From positions 1 through 53,714 of the forward strand of contig JAZQSI010000021.1 of the NCBI GenBank assembly GCA_045629985.1: 53,714 nucleotides of DNA. The letters are read 5' to 3'. The DNA is from Eubacteriales bacterium (GTDB lineage Bacteria > Bacillota > Clostridia > Oscillospirales > JAAYXM01). This document shows, in pieces, positions 34,313-44,522 of this stretch (positions are counted from its first letter, which is position 1; each line of letters starts with the position of its first letter). Under the pieces are notes generated by a model. That model saw nothing but the letters and a program-made list of their open reading frames with translations, was not told the DNA's origin and searched no databases. The position numbers and the translations under genes are program-made.

Positions 34313-36259
34313 TTATTCAAAATCCATCGAAATTTCCTGGAACGGCTTTTCGTCTATATACACAGCAACGGTAGAAGTACCCTTTCCGGACAACGTTACC
34401 GTAACTGAACCGTCAGTTCCCTTGTGCGTTTTTTCATACTGCTTTTCACCGTTTACGGTAATTCTGACGCTAAACGTTTCGGGATACTCAGGAAGTCTTA
34501 TTTCTCTTGTAATCTTGTTATTCTTATCAGCAGGTGGCGGAGTTACTGCGGGAGCAACCGGCTCTTTCTGTTCTGAAACCTTCGGACCTTTGCTGATTGT
34601 GAAACCAATCGCGGTTCCCTCATCTCTCTTTTCTCCTGCAGGGACGTCCTGACGGATAACTCTGCCTTTTTCGACAGAGCTGCTGTACTCTTCTCCGACA
34701 CTTCCCTTTGTTAGTTTCACTTCAGCGAGAGCTAAAGCAGCCTCTTCTTCAGTCTTTCCAAGGATATTCGGAACAAGATTTTCTTTACCAAGGCTTACAT
34801 ATACAGTTACGATATCGCCTTCTGAAATTTCAGCACCTATTGCAGGCTCGGTTTTGATAACATTTCCCGCTGCTACTTCTTCGGAATTTTCGCTCTCAAC
34901 CTTGCATTCAAGGCCGTCACGTTCAAGAACCATTTTTGCCTGCTCTTCGCTCATACCGTAAACTTCAGGAACTTTCAACTTTCCGCTTTTCTTGCCGCGG
35001 CTGACGGTAACGTGGATTTCGTCTGTTCTTTTATTCTCGTTTGCTTCCGGTATTTGCTTGATGATTACGCCTTCATCATATTCATCGCTGTATTCACGCT
35101 TACCAATATCTTCAACAATATTGAATTCGTCGCTGTACTGTACAGATGCCTCATCAAACGTCATTCCGACAAGGTACGGAATTTTATCATACTTTGGTGA
35201 CTGTCCCTTCCACCAACCTGAAACAGAACCAATAAGTATTAAAGCACCTAAAATAAATATTCCAATCGCAGCAATAAGCGCAACAAGCGGCAACTTGCTT
35301 GTCTTTCTCTCCTTTTCGGCCTCAATCATATCATCGTCAAGGTCTTCTTCCTTGATGATTGATATTGTTCTCGTCTGCGACAAATCCTCTTCCACACGGC
35401 TTGTTGGCGGCTCATATGCAATCTCAAGTGCAGGATTCTTGCGGAAGTTCTCAAGATCCTCAATCATTTCGTCCGTAGAAGCATATCTCTTCGGGAGAGA
35501 CGGTGCCATTGCTTTCATTGTGATTTTTTCAAGAGCTTCAGGTATTTCGGGATTGATCTCCCTTGGGCTCAACGGAAGTGAGTTGATATGCTGAATTGCG
35601 ACAGAAACAGGTGTATCACCCTCATACGGGAGTCTTCCTGTAAGCATTTCATACAAAACAACGCCTGTCGAATATATGTCTGCGCGGCAATCAATGTTGC
35701 TTCCCTTTGCCTGTTCAGGAGCAATATAATGAACTGAACCGAAAGCCTCACGCGTTACAGTCTTCTGCGATGATTCAAGGCGTGCTATGCCAAAGTCCGT
35801 TACTCTTACCGTACTGTCGCGGAGAATCATAATGTTATGAGGCTTAATGTCTCTATGTATAATGCCCTTTGAATGAGCGTGAGAAAGAGCTCTGAGTATC
35901 TGAGTTGTAAAATGAATTGCTTCTTTCTGCGTGAGCTTACCACGACGGTTCATATACTGCTTGAGCGACATTCCGTCTATAAGCTCCATTACGATATACT
36001 CTACCGAGCTTGAACGTGAAACGTCATAAACTGCGACGATATTTGGATGCGAAACCATTGCAATAGCATGGCTTTCTGCATGAAATCGGTTTCTGAATTC
36101 CTCGTCCTTTGCATACTCGTCTTTAAGTATTTTTACCGCAACATATCGGTTGAGACGATGGCAAAGTGCCTTATAAACAACTGCCATACCGCCTGTTCCG
36201 ATTACTTCAAGAATCTCGTATCTGTTATCTAAAAGCTTTCCTATGTACTTATCAGCCAT
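34313..36259 (-). CDS. prkC: Ser/Thr protein kinase PrkC (Hanks kinase + TM + PASTA repeats)
   Basis: GTGGMAVVYKA, HRDIKPHN, DFGIA, and APE. A single TM (LPLVALIAAIGIFILGALILIG) is followed by three PASTA-like repeats and an extra beta-rich C-terminal domain. Confidence 0.92.
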   Translation of the reverse strand: MADKYIGKLLDNRYEILEVIGTGGMAVVYKALCHRLNRYVAVKILKDEYAKDEEFRNRFHAESHAIAMVSHPNIVAVYDVSRSSSVEYIVMELIDGMSLKQYMNRRGKLTQKEAIHFTTQILRALSHAHSKGIIHRDIKPHNIMILRDSTVRVTDFGIARLESSQKTVTREAFGSVHYIAPEQAKGSNIDCRADIYSTGVVLYEMLTGRLPYEGDTPVSVAIQHINSLPLSPREINPEIPEALEKITMKAMAPSLPKRYASTDEMIEDLENFRKNPALEIAYEPPTSRVEEDLSQTRTISIIKEEDLDDDMIEAEKERKTSKLPLVALIAAIGIFILGALILIGSVSGWWKGQSPKYDKIPYLVGMTFDEASVQYSDEFNIVEDIGKREYSDEYDEGVIIKQIPEANENKRTDEIHVTVSRGKKSGKLKVPEVYGMSEEQAKMVLERDGLECKVESENSEEVAAGNVIKTEPAIGAEISEGDIVTVYVSLGKENLVPNILGKTEEEAALALAEVKLTKGSVGEEYSSSVEKGRVIRQDVPAGEKRDEGTAIGFTISKGPKVSEQKEPVAPAVTPPPADKNNKITREIRLPEYPETFSVRITVNGEKQYEKTHKGTDGSVTVTLSGKGTSTVAVYIDEKPFQEISMDFE

Positions 36260-36273
36260 TATATTCTCCCCCT

Positions 36274-37008
36274 TTAAAACGCAAGCAGAACAACCGTGAT
36301 GTTATCAAATCCGCCGCGGTTATTTGCAATATCTATAAGCCTTGCGCAACAATCCTCTTGACTGCCGCCATAAATTACCTCATAGAGCATTTCCTGCTCA
36401 GAAACAAGGTTTGAAAGTCCGTCAGAACAAAGCAAGATAAACTCGCCCTGCTTCACATCCGGAAAGAAAACATCTCCCGTAACGGTAACGTCTGTTCCAA
36501 CCGCACGTGTGATGAGGTTTTTTCCGGGATGAGCTTCAGCTTGCTCTTCAGTAAGCTCTCCCATACGAACCATGTCAGCAACGAGAGAATGGTCATTTGT
36601 GATTTTTGTTATACCGTCTGCATTTATCTTATACGCACGGCTGTCACCTACGTTTATAATCGCAACCTTTGTCTGTGTGGCGACAGCGGCAACAAGAGTA
36701 GTTCCCATTCCCGAAAGAGCAGGCTCACTCTTTGCCTTATCATGAACTGCGGTATTTGCATCTTCAAGCGCTGTTTCAAGCAACTTGCAAATCTGCTCAT
36801 GCGAATAGTTCTTGCAATTTGTTTCCCTTATGTGTTCTGTAAACCTCTCAAGCGCGAGCTGGCTTGCAATATTGCCTGCCGCGGCGCCTCCCATTCCGTC
36901 ACACACAACGGCAAACGCAAGTTTTTTTGCATCAGACACGCTGTAAACATAGGAATCCTGGTTGTCTTTTCGAGCCATTCCTATATCAGATTTTCCCCAA
37001 GCAAACAT
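36274..37008 (-). CDS. stp: PP2C-family Ser/Thr phosphatase (Stp/PrpC)
   Basis: SDIGMARKDNQDS, VCDGMGG, LLCSDGL, and GGFDNITVV. ATG 37008 (MFAWGKSD...) follows GGAGA. The ORF-track start 37029 lacks an RBS. Confidence 0.9.
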   Translation of the reverse strand: MFAWGKSDIGMARKDNQDSYVYSVSDAKKLAFAVVCDGMGGAAAGNIASQLALERFTEHIRETNCKNYSHEQICKLLETALEDANTAVHDKAKSEPALSGMGTTLVAAVATQTKVAIINVGDSRAYKINADGITKITNDHSLVADMVRMGELTEEQAEAHPGKNLITRAVGTDVTVTGDVFFPDVKQGEFILLCSDGLSNLVSEQEMLYEVIYGGSQEDCCARLIDIANNRGGFDNITVVLLAF

Positions 37009-37069
37009 TTTATCTCCATACCCTGCCATTACAGCAGTACCGTCATTTACGGCCGACGATAGACCAAAT

Positions 37070-38095
37070 TTATTCTGAAATGTAATTCTGCCTCAGTTGC
37101 CCGCACGCCGCATCAATATCAGCGCCGAGACTGCGACGCACCGTAACCGTGATTCCGCGTTTCTCAAGATGCGCCATAAAGCTCTTTATAGCTTCGGGCG
37201 AGCTTGGACTTAAGTCACCTTCGCTTATTTTGTTAAGCGGTATGAGGTTTACGTGGCACGGGAATCCCGAAAGAAGCTCTGCAAGCTCTTTTGCCGTTTT
37301 CTCGCCGTCTGTCTTGCCCGCTATCATTGTATATTCAAATGAAATTCGCCTTGATGTCTTCTCAAAATACTTTCTGCATTCATCAATAAGCCGTTTTACT
37401 CCGTATGCTTTATTTATCGGCATTATGGCGCTTCTTGCCGCATCTGTCGGTGCGTGAAGTGACACAGAAAGCGTAAGTGGAAGATTCTCATCCGAAAGGC
37501 GCTCTATCTTCTCGCATATTCCGCAGGTAGAAAGCGAGATGTGGCGCATTCCAATATTAAGCCCGCGCTCGTCATTCACGAGATGAAGAAACTTGATTAC
37601 GTTGTCGTAATTATCAAGTGGCTCACCTGTACCCATAAGAACAATGTTCGATATCTTCTCTCCCGTGTCGCGGATAATTGTAAAGAGTTCCGCAAGCATC
37701 TCGGACGGAAGAAGATTTCTGACAAGTCCACGCTTTGTAGATGCGCAGAAAACGCATCCCATACGACATCCGACCTGCGTCGAGAGGCAGACCGTGTTGC
37801 CGTGATTATACTTCATAAAAACAGATTCCACGCAGTTTCCGTCAGAAAACTTAAGGAGATACTTTCTTGTACCGTCAGTTTTTGACTTCTGACAACGGAC
37901 AATCTCAGCATTATTCAAAGTGCAGTTTTCCGAAAGCTCGTCTCTCAATGCTTTCGGGATGTTTTTCATTTCGTCAAACGAAGATATCCCCTTGTGAAGC
38001 CACAAGTAAACTTGAGCGGCTCTGAACTTCGGCTGGCCGATTGAGAGTATGTATTCTTCAAGCTCCGATTGCGTCATGGAACGAATATCAATCAT
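37070..38095 (-). CDS. rlmN: 23S rRNA/tRNA (adenine-C2)-methyltransferase RlmN (radical SAM)
   Basis: Radical-SAM cluster CRMGCVFC, MGTGEPLDN, and C-terminal catalytic Cys (DIDAACGQL). The start overlaps the rsmB stop. Confidence 0.93.
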   Translation of the reverse strand: MIDIRSMTQSELEEYILSIGQPKFRAAQVYLWLHKGISSFDEMKNIPKALRDELSENCTLNNAEIVRCQKSKTDGTRKYLLKFSDGNCVESVFMKYNHGNTVCLSTQVGCRMGCVFCASTKRGLVRNLLPSEMLAELFTIIRDTGEKISNIVLMGTGEPLDNYDNVIKFLHLVNDERGLNIGMRHISLSTCGICEKIERLSDENLPLTLSVSLHAPTDAARSAIMPINKAYGVKRLIDECRKYFEKTSRRISFEYTMIAGKTDGEKTAKELAELLSGFPCHVNLIPLNKISEGDLSPSSPEAIKSFMAHLEKRGITVTVRRSLGADIDAACGQLRQNYISE

Positions 38096-39411
38096 TTTTT
38101 CCTCCGCAGTTTACACATATAAAATCCGTCCGTTCCGCTTATGTGCGGAAGAAGCGTTATTCCATGCTGTTCTTCTTTGAAAGCGACCGAGACTTCTGTC
38201 TTCTCTTCGTAGAAATCAGCATTATCTTTCAGGAAGGATTCAACGACTTCGCTGTTTTCGCGCGAAAGAATCGTGCATGTGGAATAAACAAGCGCACCTC
38301 CCGGTTTTAGGTACCTTGAAAGGTTTTTGAGTATTTGAAGCTGGAGTTTGGGAAGTTCGCTCACTTCTTCAACTGATTTATAGCGTATATCCGGTTTCTT
38401 CCTGATGATTCCAAATCCCGAACACGGAACATCTGCAAGAATATAATCAAACAAATCCGCAAATTCAGGAATAAACTGAGATGCATCCTGACGAACTGTT
38501 CTAATTATATCTATACCGAGGCGTTTTGCGCCTTTTTCAATCAATTCAAGCTTGTGCTCGTATATATCACACGAAACAAGTTCTCCCGTATTTTCCATTA
38601 TTTCGGCAAGCGAAAATGACTTTCCGCCCGGTGCCGCGCAAGCATCAAGCACACGGCTTCCGCTCTTTGGCGAGAGAAGCTCTGCCGCAAGCTGGCTTGC
38701 TTCATCCTGAATGTGGAAGTGCCCGTTTAAAAAAGCTTCGCTCTTCTCGATATTTCCCGAAAAGCTTATCTCCACTGAATCATCAAGTCTTCCCTCAGCA
38801 AATGAAACAACTTCCTCGTCTTTTGCGATTAAAGCAGATTTTGTGGTCTTCAAGGTGTTTACCCTTGCATAGACTTTGCTTCTTTTATTGTTCTCCGCGA
38901 GAATACTTTCCGTATCGGCCTCTCCGAATTCGGATATAAGCAAGTTTACAAGCTCTATTGGATGACTATAGAGCACAGAAAGCCTTTCAGCAAGCGTTCC
39001 CTGCGGTATGGGCAGATTTTCCTTTGAAACGGAAATTTTTCTCGTAATGGCATTTACAAAACCTGCCGCTTTCGGGCTATTGCGCTTTGCACGCGAGACG
39101 GCATCGTTTACCGCCGCAGAATCAGGAATTCTGTCAAGAAACAGTATCTGATACACTGCCATCTGCAAAATATCAAGGATTCCCGGTGAAATCTTATTAA
39201 GTTTGATTGAGGAGAATTTTGAGATATAGAAATTCAGAAGCAAGGAGTTTTCAAGAACTCCGTTTACAATCTCGCTCGCAAACGCCGCATCGCGCGGCGA
39301 GAGGTCGCATGCCCTTATTTCATTTCTCAAAAAGCCGTCTGACCACGCACTTCTCTTTCGAAATGCCGTGATTGCCGAGACAGCTACATCTCGCGCATCT
39401 TTCTTTCTCAA
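38092..39411 (-). CDS. rsmB: 16S rRNA (cytosine967-C5)-methyltransferase RsmB
   Basis: N-terminal NusB-like domain, DACAAPGGKS SAM motif, DVPCSG and YSTCT catalytic cysteines. Confidence 0.92.
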   Translation of the reverse strand: MRKKDARDVAVSAITAFRKRSAWSDGFLRNEIRACDLSPRDAAFASEIVNGVLENSLLLNFYISKFSSIKLNKISPGILDILQMAVYQILFLDRIPDSAAVNDAVSRAKRNSPKAAGFVNAITRKISVSKENLPIPQGTLAERLSVLYSHPIELVNLLISEFGEADTESILAENNKRSKVYARVNTLKTTKSALIAKDEEVVSFAEGRLDDSVEISFSGNIEKSEAFLNGHFHIQDEASQLAAELLSPKSGSRVLDACAAPGGKSFSLAEIMENTGELVSCDIYEHKLELIEKGAKRLGIDIIRTVRQDASQFIPEFADLFDYILADVPCSGFGIIRKKPDIRYKSVEEVSELPKLQLQILKNLSRYLKPGGALVYSTCTILSRENSEVVESFLKDNADFYEEKTEVSVAFKEEQHGITLLPHISGTDGFYMCKLRRKK

Positions 39412-40115
39412 TCTCGTCTCCTGCCTCCACCAAAGATTAATATCAGTCGTAGCAGCTGAACAAGCGAAACCGCAAGTGCTGCAACGTATGTCATTGCCGC
39501 TGCCGAGAGAACTTTCTTAGCCTGCGCATTTTCTTCTTCCGTAAGCGTTCCCGACGAAGTCAGCGTCGCAAGCGCGCGGCGCGATGCGTTGAACTCGACC
39601 GGAAGCGTTATAAGCTGGAATATCGTTGCAAGACCAAAAAAGAGAATTCCTATATCAACAAGCGGTTGCCATGTAAATATAAATCCTGCAAGAATAAGCG
39701 GCATGGAAAGCGATGAGCCTATTCTGCAAACGGGAATTATTGCGTTTCGAATCTTTATCGGCCCGTACCCTACCGAATACTGCATAGCGTGACCGCACTC
39801 GTGCGCCGCAACGCCTGCGGCGGCAATGGAGCGGGAATCATACACCGACTCCGAAAGGCGGATAACCTTTGCTTTAGGGTCAAAATGGTCAGTGAGATTT
39901 CCGTTTGTCTTCTCTATTCTCACATCCGTAACACCAAATGCCATAAGCATACGGTTGGCAACCTCAGCACCCGTAAGACCGCGGACATTGGCAAATTTCG
40001 AATATTTTTTGAATGTGCTCGTTACGCGTGACTGTGCAATAAATGCAAATATCATCGCAGGTAAAATCAGAATTATATAGCTAAAATCAATTCCGTAGAT
40101 CGGTATATATGGCAT
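39408..40115 (-). CDS. Membrane zinc metallopeptidase (YugP-like, Zn_peptidase_2)
   Basis: HECGHA zinc motif (AAHECGHAMQ) flanked by TM helices. It holds the conserved position between fmt and rsmB in Clostridia. Confidence 0.8.
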   Translation of the reverse strand: MPYIPIYGIDFSYIILILPAMIFAFIAQSRVTSTFKKYSKFANVRGLTGAEVANRMLMAFGVTDVRIEKTNGNLTDHFDPKAKVIRLSESVYDSRSIAAAGVAAHECGHAMQYSVGYGPIKIRNAIIPVCRIGSSLSMPLILAGFIFTWQPLVDIGILFFGLATIFQLITLPVEFNASRRALATLTSSGTLTEEENAQAKKVLSAAAMTYVAALAVSLVQLLRLILIFGGGRRRD

Positions 40116-40129
40116 ATAAAAAACCTCGT

Positions 40130-41047
40130 TTATTCAAAAAATGTTCCGACTATGCTCTCGTGACCTCTGAAATAATCTACAGGTGACATACGCTTTCCAC
40201 TCTCTACCTGGAAAAGCGAAATAATGATACTGCCGTCAGCCGTTGCAACCTCAAGCCCATCTTTTAAGAGACCAAGAACTTTGCCTGCATCGCCCGATGA
40301 ACTGCCGCGCCTTGCAGAATAAACCTTTATTCTGCCGATGGTGCTGTCTGTAAAGGCAATGGGCCAGGAGAAACTTCCACGGATAAGATTTAATATCTCG
40401 GAAGTAGTTTTCCCCCAATCAATCTTTGCATCCTCTTTTCTTATGGGCGGAGCATATGTCGCAAGACTCTCATCCTGCGGAATGGGAGATATATTTTCAA
40501 TATTGTTCACAGTTTCAAGAAGAAGATCTGCACCGACAGCTGAAAGCTTATCAAACATACTCTCCGATGTGTCGTCTTCCTCTATTTTTACCTCACGGCG
40601 AAGAAGCATAGCACCCGTATCCATTCCCTCGTCCATAAGCATCGTTGTAACACCTGAAACCTCATCACCGCTCAGCACAGCGTGCTGAATCGGAGCACTG
40701 CCTCTGTACTTTGGGAGAAGTGATCCATGGAGATTGATGCATCCGTATTTGGGGAAATCAAGAACACTCTTCGGAAGAATTTTACCATAAGCGACAACAA
40801 CTATAATTTCCGGAGAAAGCTCCGAGAGCACGCCATCAAGTTCGCCGTTTTTAACGGAAGTTGGCTGAAATACAGGTATATTATGTGTAATGGCACATTC
40901 CTTTACAGGTGTCATCATCATCTTCATACCTCTGCCTTTCGGCTTATCTTCACGTGTTACGACTCCGCAAATCTCGTGTCCGCCCTCAATAAGCTTTTCG
41001 AGCGACGAAACAGCAAAATCAGGAGTTCCCATATATAAAATCTTCAT
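40130..41047 (-). CDS. fmt: Methionyl-tRNA formyltransferase
   Basis: MGTPDFAV, INLHGSLLPKYRGSAPIQ, and C-terminal formyltransferase domain. Confidence 0.94.
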   Translation of the reverse strand: MKILYMGTPDFAVSSLEKLIEGGHEICGVVTREDKPKGRGMKMMMTPVKECAITHNIPVFQPTSVKNGELDGVLSELSPEIIVVVAYGKILPKSVLDFPKYGCINLHGSLLPKYRGSAPIQHAVLSGDEVSGVTTMLMDEGMDTGAMLLRREVKIEEDDTSESMFDKLSAVGADLLLETVNNIENISPIPQDESLATYAPPIRKEDAKIDWGKTTSEILNLIRGSFSWPIAFTDSTIGRIKVYSARRGSSSGDAGKVLGLLKDGLEVATADGSIIISLFQVESGKRMSPVDYFRGHESIVGTFFE

Positions 41048-41048
41048 A

Positions 41049-41504
41049 TTACGCCTCTTCGTAGTATTCTATAACTTTGTCCTTGAACAGAATTCCGTCG
41101 AGATGGTCTATCTCATGGCAAAAAGCACGAGCCAAAAGCCCCTCGCCTGATACTGTAAATTCTTTTCCATATCTGTCCTGAGCCTTTACGGTAACCTTCA
41201 TCGGTCGCGAAACAGAGCCGTAAACTCCCGGAACGCTGATGCATCCCTCAGGGCCCGTCTGCTCACCCTCAACCGCAATTATTTCAGGGTTTATGATTTC
41301 GTAATACTCATCGTCAACGCTTACGATTGCAACTCGCTTTAAAATGCCTACCTGCGGAGCCGCAAGACCTGCACCGTCTGCCATAATGAGAGTTTCCTTC
41401 ATATCATCAAGCAAGATGTGAAGACGGTCGTTGAAATCGGTGACTTCCCTGCAGTTTTTTCGAAGAACCTGGTCGCCTTCTTTTACTATGTTTCTTAATG
41501 CCAT
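41049..41504 (-). CDS. def: Peptide deformylase
   Basis: GAGLAAPQVG, EGCISVPG, and HEIDHLDG metal-binding motifs. ATG 41504 follows AGGAGA by 9 nt. Confidence 0.94.
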   Translation of the reverse strand: MALRNIVKEGDQVLRKNCREVTDFNDRLHILLDDMKETLIMADGAGLAAPQVGILKRVAIVSVDDEYYEIINPEIIAVEGEQTGPEGCISVPGVYGSVSRPMKVTVKAQDRYGKEFTVSGEGLLARAFCHEIDHLDGILFKDKVIEYYEEA

Positions 41505-41517
41505 AATCAATCTTCTC

Positions 41518-43992
41518 CTAAAAATCAGTTGAATTTATGTCCGGTATGATACTTATATCCTTGTTTTCCTTATCTTTGAGAAAATCACGCATCAACCTTG
41601 AAATCAAATCGCGAGAACGCTTGTTGTTCTCTGTGCATACAAGAAGCTTGTATCGAAACTTTCCGCCAACCTTCACAACCCCGAGAGGCGTCGGACCAAG
41701 CACTTTCGCCCTGATGTCGCAATACTCCCCATCGAGTGCCGCACCAAGCTTCTGGCACATTTTTGAACACGCACCAAATACCCTGCTCTCGTTTTCTGAC
41801 ATAAACGTCAGCGAAAAAATATCCGAAAACGGCGGCAATTCACGAATTTTGCGAAGGCGAAGTTCGTTTTCAAAAAATTCGTCATAATTTTGCGCTGATG
41901 CCGTCTGTATGATAAAGTTCTTCGGTGAATACGTCTGTATGACGGCCCTGCCTTCCTTTTCACCTCTGCCTGCACGTCCTACAACCTGCGTTATCAGTGA
42001 AAATGCATTTTCGCTCGCTCTGTAGCTCTCGTTGAAAATAGCCTGATCTGCGGAAATAACACCGACAAGCGTTACATTTTCAAAATCAAGGCCTTTTGTT
42101 ATCATCTGCGTACCGAGAAGAATCGGAATCTTTTCATCACGGAACTTATTGAGTAGTTTTTCGTGGGATGCTTTACCTGATGTTGTATCCGCATCCATAC
42201 GCACAGTTTCAATTCCCGGAAAAAGTCGGGAAAGTTCTTCTTCTATGCGCTGTGTGCCAAAACCTACGGCACGCATTTTTGCCCCGCACCCTGCACACTC
42301 ATCCTCTGCACGCTCCGAATAACCACAATGGTGACACATAAGGCGCATATTTTTTGAATGGTACACAAGCGGCACACTGCAATTCGGACATCCCGGAACT
42401 TCACCGCATTCATCGCAAACCAAATATTTGCTTGCGCCGCGACGGTTTAAGAACAAGATGCTTTGCTCTCCGTTTTCTATATTCTTTGCAAGCTCCTCAT
42501 AAAGCTCTCTGCCGATAACACTGTCGCTGCCTGATTTGAGCGTTTTACGAAGATCGGAAACGATTACTCTTGGAAGCGGTTTTTCGTTAAATCTGTTTGC
42601 AAGCGTATGTAAGCTATACTTCCCGCTTTTTGCGTAATACATACTCTCAACTGACGGAGTTGCAGAACCGAGAACAAGTAGTGCAGAATCACTTACACAG
42701 CGGAATTTTGCCGCCTCTCTTGCATGGTATCGCGGATTTGTTGAAGACTTGTATGTGTCTTCCTGTTCCTCATCAAGAATGATTATTCCTATATTCGAAA
42801 GCGGTGAAAAAATCGCAGAGCGTGTACCTACGACAACGTCAACTTCTCCGTTTTTTATTCTCTTCCACTCGTCATATCTCTCTCCGACAGAAAGCGCACT
42901 GTGCATTATGGCAGTGCGATTGCCGAAATAAGCATATACGCGAGAAAGGAGCTGTGGCGTAAGCGCGATTTCAGGAACAAGCAAAATTGCGGTCTTTCCT
43001 CGCGCGATGACTTCTTCAATAAGCTTGAAATACACAAGAGTTTTTCCGCTTCCCGTAACCCCGTAAAGCAATGCACACGATGGTCCTTTTGCAATCTTTC
43101 CGGAAATTTCCGAAAACACTTTGCTCTGCTCTTCGTTAAGAACTACCTCTTGCCGCGTCGCAAGCTCGGACGGTTTTGGACGTCTGTACACTTCTATATC
43201 TTCAAAATGCACTATGCCATTCTTTTTCAAAGTATTGAGCTGGGATGTCGTAATCCCTGTAAAATAGCAAAGCTCATGTGATGTGACAGCTCCCATATCA
43301 GAGAGAAGTGTCAGCGCATCCACTGATGAGGATTTAGGCTTTTTGCGTTTTATATACTCTGCAATTTCTTCTTTTGATACGTCAATTCGGACAAGCCTTT
43401 CGGTCTTGTCCGACACATTTGTTGTAAAATATTCCTTCTCCAAAATAAAAGCGATCGAGAGAAGCTTTTTTAAAACTTTCTCAAGCACTTCCGCCTCGTA
43501 GAGTTTTTTAAGCTCACTCTTCTTCACGGGATTTGGAGAACTAAAAATAATCCGACATATTTCCTCACCCGACGGGATATCGGAAACTGCCGCCTCCGCC
43601 TCCTCAAAAGAAGCATTCTCTGCCGGGATATAGAGCGTATCAAACTTATGCCATACGCCCGAGGGAAGCATTGCCCGCGCTACGTCAAAAAAAGTACAGA
43701 AACACTGTTCGCGAAGCCATAAGGCAAGGCGAATAAGCTTTGCATCAAACACCGGAGCGTCATCGAGAACTTCCCGAATCGGTTTGAGTTTGAAGTGTGT
43801 TTCCTCCGAAAGCTCGCGAAGCTCAAGAACAATCGCCTCGCACCTTCTTCTGCCGCGACCGAAATCGACGCGCACACGAACTCCCGGAACTATTTTTGAC
43901 GCAAGGGACGCCGGAATAGAATATTCATACGGCTTATCAATCGCATAAGTGGCGGCTTCTACCGCAACCGTTGCGACAATCTGCTTCTCCAA
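41518..43992 (-). CDS. priA: Primosomal protein N' (replication restart helicase PriA)
   Basis: Walker A GVTGSGKT, DEEQ box, Cys-rich zinc region (CDECG..PGCPNCS...HHCG), and TQMITKGLDF. TTG start 43992 lies 6 nt after GGAGGG. Confidence 0.93.
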   Translation of the reverse strand: MEKQIVATVAVEAATYAIDKPYEYSIPASLASKIVPGVRVRVDFGRGRRRCEAIVLELRELSEETHFKLKPIREVLDDAPVFDAKLIRLALWLREQCFCTFFDVARAMLPSGVWHKFDTLYIPAENASFEEAEAAVSDIPSGEEICRIIFSSPNPVKKSELKKLYEAEVLEKVLKKLLSIAFILEKEYFTTNVSDKTERLVRIDVSKEEIAEYIKRKKPKSSSVDALTLLSDMGAVTSHELCYFTGITTSQLNTLKKNGIVHFEDIEVYRRPKPSELATRQEVVLNEEQSKVFSEISGKIAKGPSCALLYGVTGSGKTLVYFKLIEEVIARGKTAILLVPEIALTPQLLSRVYAYFGNRTAIMHSALSVGERYDEWKRIKNGEVDVVVGTRSAIFSPLSNIGIIILDEEQEDTYKSSTNPRYHAREAAKFRCVSDSALLVLGSATPSVESMYYAKSGKYSLHTLANRFNEKPLPRVIVSDLRKTLKSGSDSVIGRELYEELAKNIENGEQSILFLNRRGASKYLVCDECGEVPGCPNCSVPLVYHSKNMRLMCHHCGYSERAEDECAGCGAKMRAVGFGTQRIEEELSRLFPGIETVRMDADTTSGKASHEKLLNKFRDEKIPILLGTQMITKGLDFENVTLVGVISADQAIFNESYRASENAFSLITQVVGRAGRGEKEGRAVIQTYSPKNFIIQTASAQNYDEFFENELRLRKIRELPPFSDIFSLTFMSENESRVFGACSKMCQKLGAALDGEYCDIRAKVLGPTPLGVVKVGGKFRYKLLVCTENNKRSRDLISRLMRDFLKDKENKDISIIPDINSTDF

Positions 43993-44011
43993 AAAAATCC
44001 CTCCGAAGAGT

Positions 44012-44212
44012 TTAGTCTTCTATCTGTGTTGCAGAAAGGTTTCCGTTTGCAATCTCTTCGATAGCGAGGCTTACCGGCTTATCAGAAAGCTCGATTCTCT
44101 CCTCTTCTGCATACTCTGCAATTTCTCTTGCTCTGCGAGCCGCAAGGTTAACGAGAAGGTATCTTCCGTTTACCTCCTTTAAAAGCTGGCTCATTGACGG
44201 ATATAACATCAT
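44012..44212 (-). CDS. rpoZ: DNA-directed RNA polymerase subunit omega
   Basis: 66 aa. NGRYLLVNLAARRAREI is the omega signature. GGAGG RBS. Confidence 0.9.
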   Translation of the reverse strand: MMLYPSMSQLLKEVNGRYLLVNLAARRAREIAEYAEEERIELSDKPVSLAIEEIANGNLSATQIED

Positions 44213-44231
44213 AGCACTTTTCCTCCAAAGT

Positions 44232-44507
44232 TTATTTTATATCAGAACCTTCGTCCTGTGATTCTGCAGCGTCTTTACCGTTTACACGGTTTGAAATGGA
44301 TGTCGGCAATATTGCCGAAAGAACAATATGGTCACTGTCCATAATTATGACGGCACGCGTTCTTCTGCCGTAAGAGGCATCGATAAGCATACCTCTTTCT
44401 TTTGCTTCCTGCACCATTCTCTTTATCGGAGCAGACTCCGGGCTTACGACGGTGATTATTCTCTCCGCCGAAACTACGTTACCAAATCCTATGTTAACTA
44501 ATTTCAC
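44232..44507 (-). CDS. remA: Extracellular-matrix/biofilm regulator RemA (DUF370)
   Basis: [28 protein letters not shown]...[31 protein letters not shown] is nearly invariant RemA sequence. GTG start. Confidence 0.92.
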   Translation of the reverse strand: MKLVNIGFGNVVSAERIITVVSPESAPIKRMVQEAKERGMLIDASYGRRTRAVIIMDSDHIVLSAILPTSISNRVNGKDAAESQDEGSDIK

Positions 44508-44522
44508 CTTAAACCTCGCCCC

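Noticed and set aside
34992-35594. 200-aa + strand ORF inside prkC, and similar long antisense ORFs inside recN (18359-19633), cdaR (47903-48683), proC (6885-7442) and the carboxypeptidase gene (51171-51661)
   Set aside because: All lie opposite genes with clear catalytic motifs. Their translations are low-complexity (S/L/F/I-rich) and lack RBSs, which is typical of antisense frames.
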